Made by a program: the position numbers and the translations under genes
Source of the DNA: Candidatus Eiseniibacteriota bacterium
Lineage (GTDB): Bacteria; Eisenbacteria; RBG-16-71-46
Assembly (NCBI GenBank): GCA_044223005.1
Contig: JBGAML010000002.1
Coordinates: forward strand, 160,001 to 224,000
Length of the DNA: 64,000 nucleotides
Direction: 5' to 3'
Shown here: piece after piece, positions 58,450-64,000 of the stretch
How positions within the stretch are numbered: position 1 is the stretch's first letter
How the letters are laid out: each line of letters starts with the position of its first letter
The notes under the pieces: model-generated
The model's input: the letters and a program-made list of their open reading frames with translations, nothing else
What the model was told of the DNA's origin: nothing
The model's database searches: none

Positions 58450-59253
58450 ATGCGACCCGACAACGGACTCGAAGGGATCCCCGGCATGCTGTGGGGGATG
58501 GTCGCCGTGGCGCGGCACCGTCTGCTGATGCTGGACTACGATGGAACGCTCGCTCCGTTCGCCGCGGAACGGGACAAGGCGGTTCCGCTGCCGAGTTCGC
58601 TCCGGCTCCTTCGCGAGATCGCGGGACGTGCCCACACGAGCGTCGCCGTGGTGTCGGGGCGACCGCTCGAGGAGGTGGAGCGGTTCCTCGGCGACCTGCC
58701 GGCGGTCTTCGTGGGTGAGCACGGCTGGGAGATGCGTGCGCCCAGTGGCGACGTCGTCCGGCGTCGGTTGGATGTCTCGGTCGCCTCCACCATCGACAGG
58801 GCCGAGCACGCGGCGCGGGCGGCGGGGTGGGACGAGTTCCTGGAGCGCAAGCGCTCGGCGGTCGTGCTCCATACGCGGGGGCTCCCGGAAGCGCGGGCGC
58901 GCGAGATGCACGATCGCTGCCTCGAAACCTGGGGCCAGCTCGAGGACAGTCACGTCGTGCTGGACCGGATCGACGGCGGTGTGGAGCTGCGCGCCCGGGG
59001 CCGGAACAAGGGCACGGTCGTCCTGTCGCTGCTCTCGCAATCCGAGCCCGGGACGCTGGGTGTTTTCGTCGGCGACGACGTCACCGACGAGGACGCATTC
59101 GACGTCGTGCGCGAGTGGGGGTTCGGTGTCCGGGTCGGCCATCCCGACCGGCCGACGATCGCCCAGGGGCGCCTCGCATCTTGCGAGGCGCTCCCCGGAT
59201 TCCTCGAGGAATGGCTGCGGATCACCGAGGCGGTCGAAGGGCCGCGCTCATGA
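58450..59253 (+). CDS. otsB: Trehalose-6-phosphate phosphatase
   Basis: LDYDGTL, VSGR, GEHGWE, NKG, GDDVTDEDAF. Confidence 0.92.
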   Translation: MRPDNGLEGIPGMLWGMVAVARHRLLMLDYDGTLAPFAAERDKAVPLPSSLRLLREIAGRAHTSVAVVSGRPLEEVERFLGDLPAVFVGEHGWEMRAPSGDVVRRRLDVSVASTIDRAEHAARAAGWDEFLERKRSAVVLHTRGLPEARAREMHDRCLETWGQLEDSHVVLDRIDGGVELRARGRNKGTVVLSLLSQSEPGTLGVFVGDDVTDEDAFDVVREWGFGVRVGHPDRPTIAQGRLASCEALPGFLEEWLRITEAVEGPRS

Positions 59254-60179
59254 CGCCGAACGCCTTGCGGCGGAGATTTCCGTGTTCAGCGGGACCACGA
59301 GAGTCGAGCGCCGCGCGCCCCTGAGGACGCCCTCGGCCACGCTGCCGAGCGCCAGCCGGCGGAGTCCGGTTCGCCCGTGCGTGCCGATCACGACGAGTGC
59401 CGCATTCACCGATTCGGCAGCGCCCAGGATGGCGTCCACCGCGGGCCCCTCGCGCAGCAGCACCAGGCCCTGCCCGAGGCGCTGCGAGAGTTCCTCCAGG
59501 AGCCTGCGCGCTTCCGTGCGACGGGCTTCGAGGACGGTCGGGACGTAGGAGTGCAGGAGCGTGCCCGGAGAGGCGGCGAAGCCCATCTCGGGGGTGGCGA
59601 CGACCGACATGTCCAGATCCACCGAGTGCAGCACGTAGAGCGGAAGATCGAGGCGCTCCGCCTGCGCTCGTGCCGCATGGACGGCCGGAAGCGCCGGGTC
59701 CGAGAAGTCCGTGGCCGCGAGCACGGCCGTGCCCTCCACCGGCAGGGACAGGAGGACCGGGCACGACGCGTGGCGCACGATCTTCTCGACCCGTGCGGCC
59801 GCGGACGCGCCGTCCCGTGTGCCGAACGTTCCTCCGACCACGATCAGTCCGGCCCCGATCTCCTCGGCGAGGTCGAGGACCGCCGCGTGGACCGAGCCGG
59901 ATTCGACGCGCAGGGTGGGCCTGGGCTGGGTGCCGGCGAGAGCCCGCTCGAGCTGCACCTCGAGCGCGCGGGTCGCCCATTCGCGAATCTCCCGTGCTTC
60001 CTCGCGATCGAAGACGCGAAGCTGGGGGAACAGCGGGCGAATCCGACGACCTCCGGCAGCACGTGGCAGACCACGAGTGGCGCAGGAACTCCGGACGCCA
60101 GCGTCGCCGCTTCGCGGAGTGCGCGATCGCTCCGAACGCCGAGGTCCGAGACGAAGAGGACGGTACCGTTGATGCTCAC
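59248..60179 (-). pseudogene. Tandem-domain universal stress protein with a 1-nt frameshift (or sequencing error)
   Basis: After SD AAGGAG, GTG 60179 gives SINGTVLFVSDL...CHVLPEVV. The rest (RIRPLFPQ...ATDFSD...GTHGRTGLRRLALGSVAE) is in another frame; shift near 60045. Confidence 0.8.
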
Positions 60180-60257
60180 GAGCCACTCCTTTCCGCGCGG
60201 CCGGGTGCCGGGGAAGGCCGTACCGTCCGGCCGCACAGGTCGAATCTATTGACAAAA

Positions 60258-60271
60258 TGACCGCGTGGTCA
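60258..60271. promoter_or_regulatory. TGACC-N4-GGTCA palindrome upstream of usp
   Basis: TGACC-GCGT-GGTCA next to TTGACA (60249). Confidence 0.7.
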
Positions 60272-60383
60272 AATCAACTGGATCATGTACTCCAAACGAA
60301 CCCATTCGGAAGATGGACCGGGGGGCCTCCGTATTCGAGTATTCCAACAATTGTCTGCCAGAAGTCCCGGGACGCGCGCCGGA

Positions 60384-60426
60384 TTGACGCCGCCGGCGCT
60401 TCCGAATAAAATTGACCGCATGGTCA
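60384..60426 (+). promoter_or_regulatory. Promoter plus operator of the TetR-mscS operon
   Basis: TTGACG-N17-TAAAAT directly followed by TGACC-GCAT-GGTCA. Confidence 0.8.
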
Positions 60427-60449
60427 GTGACATCCGCACCGGAGGGAGA

Positions 60450-61232
60450 ATGCCAGCTCGAAGATCGATTCCCGAAGCCCCGCCACGCGGGCGACGGGAG
60501 CATCGCAAGCACCTGACGCGTCGGGACCTGCTCGCCGCCGGACGCCGGCTCTTCGCCGAGAAGGGCCTCTACGATTCCCGCATCGAGGACCTCACGCGGC
60601 ACGCCGGCATCGCCAAGGGGACGCTCTATCTCTACTTCGCCAACAAGGCGGAGTTGATCGAGGCCGTGGTGACGAACGGTTTCAACGAACTCCTCGGCCA
60701 GGTCCATCGGGCGGCCCAGGACGCGTCGAGCCGCGAGGAGGCCGTGGCGCTGGTGGCCGAGGCGCACCTGACCTTCTTCGAGGAGAACCCCGACCTGATG
60801 CGCGTCTTCCACCAGGTGCGCGGGCTCCTGAAGTTCGACGGCCCCGAATACAAGCCGCTGCGAACCGTACTCACGAAGTACGTCACCGGCCTCGCCCAGG
60901 TGATCGCGCTGCATCCGGCGACACGGCCACCGCGGCGCGAGAACGAACTCGAGGTGGCGAAACTGCTCTTCGGGGCCATCTCGGGAGTCGCCTCCGTCCG
61001 GGCCTCGATGAACGGGAAGCCCCAGGACCGGGGCAGCCCGCGCGCGACGCTGCGCGCGCTGGTCGGGCTCGTCCATGGCTTCGAGGGTTCCGCTCGGGGA
61101 GCGATCCCGGCCGATGCCGACGCGCCCGGCCGCGGGGCGCGGAACGGAGTCGGGCGCGCGGCTGGCCGCCGAAGGTCGGTGGCCGGAACCACCGGCGCCG
61201 AGCGGAGGCGCGGGCCGGTGGGGCGACGGTGA
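60450..61232 (+). CDS. TetR/AcrR family regulator
   Basis: LLAAGRRLFAEKG....IEDL..HAGIAKGTLYLYF.NK; SD GGAGG. Confidence 0.92.
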   Translation: MPARRSIPEAPPRGRREHRKHLTRRDLLAAGRRLFAEKGLYDSRIEDLTRHAGIAKGTLYLYFANKAELIEAVVTNGFNELLGQVHRAAQDASSREEAVALVAEAHLTFFEENPDLMRVFHQVRGLLKFDGPEYKPLRTVLTKYVTGLAQVIALHPATRPPRRENELEVAKLLFGAISGVASVRASMNGKPQDRGSPRATLRALVGLVHGFEGSARGAIPADADAPGRGARNGVGRAAGRRRSVAGTTGAERRRGPVGRR

Positions 61233-61259
61233 GCAACGTCGAAGTGAAGGGAGCGCGGC

Positions 61260-62336
61260 ATGGTTCGGGAAGACGTTCTGCGGTGGGCTGCCGCGGCGGG
61301 CCTGGCACTGGGGTGTGGGCTCGTCGGCCGGCTCGTGCGCCGCATGGTTGCCGGGCGACTGGCCCGGCTCTTCCGGGAGACCCGCACCGATCTGGATGAC
61401 GCGCTGCTCGGCGCGGTCTCGCCCCACGTCCCGTTCTGGTTCCTCGTACTGGGGGTGAGCCTGGGGCTTCGCTACGCGCACCCCGACGCGGGGATCGTGG
61501 CGAGGATCGACCGGTTCGCCCTGGCCGCCTTCGTCTTCTCCGTCACACTCGCGCTGGCGTCCTTCCTCACCCGGGTGATCGCGAGCCGGACGTCGCGCTG
61601 GACGGGTGCGCTGCCCGCCACCACTCTCACGCAGAATGCCGTTCGCATCGGCGTCATCGCGCTCGGCCTGCTGGTCGTGCTCGGCAATCTCGGCATCGCC
61701 ATCGCGCCGCTGCTCACCGCGCTCGGGGTCGGGTCGCTGGCGGTCGCGCTCGCCCTGCAGCCGACGCTGTCGAACCTCTTCGCCGGTTTCCACATCACGC
61801 TCGCGCGCCGCATTCGCATCGGCGATTTCGTCGAGCTGGAGACCGGCCAGCAGGGCTTCGTCGCGGACATCGGCTGGCGCTCCACGCAGATCCGCGAGCT
61901 GTCCAACAACCTCGTCGTGGTGCCCAACGCGCGCCTCGCCGAGGTGATCGTCCGCAACTACTCGCTGCCCGAGGGCGAGCAGGCGGCGTTGGTCCAGGTG
62001 GGAGTCGCGTACGGCTCCGATCTCGACGAGGTCGAGCGCATCACGATCGAAGCGGCCCGCGAGACCCAGCGCGTCGTGCAGGGGGCGGTGGCCGACTTCG
62101 AGCCCTTCATCCGTTACCACACGTTTGCGGACTCCTCGATCAACTTCACCGTGATCCTGCGTGTCCGCGAGTTCGTCGACCGCTACCTCGTCATGCACGA
62201 GTTCATCAAGCGGCTGTACCGGCGCTACTCCGAAGCCGGAATCCAGATTCCCTTCCCGCAGCGCGTCGTGCACCTGGCCACCGACAGGCGGAGGGCAAAC
62301 CTACAAGCGTCAGGCATTGGCGCCCAAGTGCGCTGA
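61260..62336 (+). CDS. Small-conductance mechanosensitive channel (MscS family)
   Basis: LGVGSLAVALALQ.TLSN.FAG, IGWRST, VPNA.L, VGVAYGSD, IPFPQ. Confidence 0.93.
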   Translation: MVREDVLRWAAAAGLALGCGLVGRLVRRMVAGRLARLFRETRTDLDDALLGAVSPHVPFWFLVLGVSLGLRYAHPDAGIVARIDRFALAAFVFSVTLALASFLTRVIASRTSRWTGALPATTLTQNAVRIGVIALGLLVVLGNLGIAIAPLLTALGVGSLAVALALQPTLSNLFAGFHITLARRIRIGDFVELETGQQGFVADIGWRSTQIRELSNNLVVVPNARLAEVIVRNYSLPEGEQAALVQVGVAYGSDLDEVERITIEAARETQRVVQGAVADFEPFIRYHTFADSSINFTVILRVREFVDRYLVMHEFIKRLYRRYSEAGIQIPFPQRVVHLATDRRRANLQASGIGAQVR

Positions 62337-62381
62337 GCCGACGCGCAACAAACCGGCATCTACCCACACCGAGGAGTTCCA

Positions 62382-63515
62382 ATGGCCATCCTCACCCGCA
62401 AGCGACTGCAGGCGCTTCTTCAGAAGTCGTCGGGCCCGTGCCTCTCCATTTACATCCCGACGCATCGGCATCATCCGGAGACCGAGCAGGACCCCATTCG
62501 CTTCAGCAACGCGATCAGGCAAGCCGAGAGGCTCCTATCGGACCGCCACTCGGAAGCGGAGATTCGCGACTTGCTGGACCCCGTGGCGGCGATTGCGAAC
62601 CACGAGTTCTGGCGGCACCAGTCCGACGGGCTGGCCGTGCTGAGGTCGGCCAGTGTGCTCGAGGAGTACCGACTGCCCATTCCAGTTCCCGAGCTCGTGG
62701 TCGTGGCCGACAGCTTCCACGTCAGGCCCTTGATCCGCAGCCTCAATGCAAGCGCGCGGTACTTCGTGCTCGCACTGGACCAGGGTGGCTGTGAGTTGTT
62801 CGAGGGAGCGGCCGATCGCCTCTCGAAGCTCGACGTTCCCGGCATGCCTGGGGGCGCGTCGGAGTTCGGCTCCAGGGAGCGCACGTCCGGCGTCGGCGCA
62901 CACGCGACGAGCCGGGGCGGCGCGACCCGCCGGACCCATTCGGCGGGGGATGCGCGGACTGTCGTCGAGGACGACCTCGAATCGTACTTCCGCGCGGTGG
63001 ACAGGGCAGTGGCCCTCACCCTGCAGCACGAGGGTGCGCCGGTCATTCTCGCCGGCGTCGACAGTCTCGTCCCGACCTACCGGAGGATCAGCCGGCTCCG
63101 CCATCTGGCCGAGGCCACGATCCCGGGCAGCCCTCAGGCGGCGTCCCACGACGCGCTGCAGGCATCAGCCCGCACCGTGGCGAATGCGATTCTCGAGGCA
63201 AACGCGGAGCTTGCGCTCGAGAAGTACTGGCGCGCTGCCGAGCGTGGGCGCGCTTCGGATCTGCTGGAGGACATCGTCCGGCAGGCAAGACGGGGCCGAG
63301 TGCGGCGCCTGTTCCTGGCTCGCGGCGTCCACGTCTGGGGCACGATCGATCCCACTACCGGCCAGGTGCAGCGGACCGACGCGCAGCAGGGCAGCCATGA
63401 CGACGACATCCTCGACGACGTGGCGGAGTCGGTCTACGGCTTTGGCGGTGAAGTCGTGGCAATCCCGCTCATGAAGATGCCCCGCGCCGCCGAGGTGGTC
63501 GCCGAGTTGCGGTGA
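62382..63515 (+). CDS. Bacterial archaeo-eukaryotic release factor-like protein (baeRF3-type)
   Basis: PCLSIYIPTHR, VVADSFHVRPL, YFRAVD, PVILAGV, GRV..LF, DD.AE.V...GGEV, A.LR end. Confidence 0.72.
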   Translation: MAILTRKRLQALLQKSSGPCLSIYIPTHRHHPETEQDPIRFSNAIRQAERLLSDRHSEAEIRDLLDPVAAIANHEFWRHQSDGLAVLRSASVLEEYRLPIPVPELVVVADSFHVRPLIRSLNASARYFVLALDQGGCELFEGAADRLSKLDVPGMPGGASEFGSRERTSGVGAHATSRGGATRRTHSAGDARTVVEDDLESYFRAVDRAVALTLQHEGAPVILAGVDSLVPTYRRISRLRHLAEATIPGSPQAASHDALQASARTVANAILEANAELALEKYWRAAERGRASDLLEDIVRQARRGRVRRLFLARGVHVWGTIDPTTGQVQRTDAQQGSHDDDILDDVAESVYGFGGEVVAIPLMKMPRAAEVVAELR

Positions 63516-63544
63516 GAGGCCCATGGCCGCAAAGGAGGTGCAAC

Positions 63545-63814
63545 ATGCCGGTGTCGAGCAAGGCTCTGGGGATGGCGGTGGGGTTGCTCTGGGGCGGAGC
63601 CATCCTGCTGGTCAGCCTGATTCACGCATCCGGATCGTCGTATGGCACGTCATTCCTGCAGGGCATCAGCTCCCTGTACCCGGGCTTTCACGCGTCGGGC
63701 ACACTGGCCGATGCGGCGGTGGGCACGGTCTATGGCCTGGTGGACGGCGCCTTCGGGGGGATGCTTCTAGGGTGGCTGTACAACCGGTTCCTCGGTCGGC
63801 AGGGAAGGGCGTAG
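63545..63814 (+). CDS. Small membrane protein (2 TM)
   Basis: SD AAGGAGG; ALG.A.GL.WG...YPG....G..YG.VDG..GG...GWLYN pattern. Confidence 0.8.
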   Translation: MPVSSKALGMAVGLLWGGAILLVSLIHASGSSYGTSFLQGISSLYPGFHASGTLADAAVGTVYGLVDGAFGGMLLGWLYNRFLGRQGRA

Positions 63815-63867
63815 ATTGACGGGAAGTCCACGTCGATGGGTCGTCGGACGCCCTCCCCGGGAGGCTT

Positions 63868-64000
63868 GTGCCGAACCAGACTGCCGGCTCGTTCACGATT
63901 CGCCGCTGGCGGGCGCGACGACTGGCCCTGGTGGCCGCGTTGCTCGCGCTCGCCTCGCCGGTCCTGGCGCAGTCCACGCAGGGCGGGCGCGTGATCTTCT
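63868..64000 (+). CDS. Secreted protein, 3'-truncated by the window edge
   Basis: GGAGG then GTG; RRLALVAALLALASPVLA-Q signal peptide; frame open to the end of the window. Confidence 0.55.
   Translation, partial: MPNQTAGSFTIRRWRARRLALVAALLALASPVLAQSTQGGRVIF

Noticed and set aside
63545..63814. Small membrane protein as a phage holin marking a prophage
   Set aside because: No endolysin or other phage genes nearby; it sits in a stress-gene operon.

Overview
Very GC-rich bacterial chromosome segment in two parts. Several secreted proteins end in a FlgD-Ig/T9SS-CTD-like domain and a TonB receptor is present, suggesting a diderm FCB-associated lineage such as Ca. Eisenbacteria (inference only). 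Positions 1-38256 look like core genome: thioester alpha-2-macroglobulin, Rrf2+VOC pair, fabI, two KimA-like permeases, two secreted glycosidase-like paralogs, udgB, a cobalamin riboswitch-TonB receptor-beta-propeller locus, M48/M50 peptidases, phosphatases, thrH, lrp-lat, PD40-amidohydrolase, NUDIX-MBL fusion, pepD, uup and an HI0933/YhiN flavoprotein. From the 3' end of that flavoprotein gene the sequence looks accessory. A 33-37 bp piece of the gene's 3' end recurs three times (38175, 41554, 43957), each followed by its own in-frame stop. The copies delimit integrase-free TetR+cargo units containing decaying genes. Further on lie a Lol-like ABC export operon and an osmoadaptation cluster (NhaP, ClC, TreT, DUF5752, otsA/otsB, frameshifted USP, TetR, MscS, baeRF3-like). 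A TGACC-N4-GGTCA palindrome at four promoters links this cluster to the first unit. Many genes appear leaderless. No rRNA, tRNA, CRISPR array, integrase or transposase was recognised. Family calls come from motif recognition by eye, not database searches.
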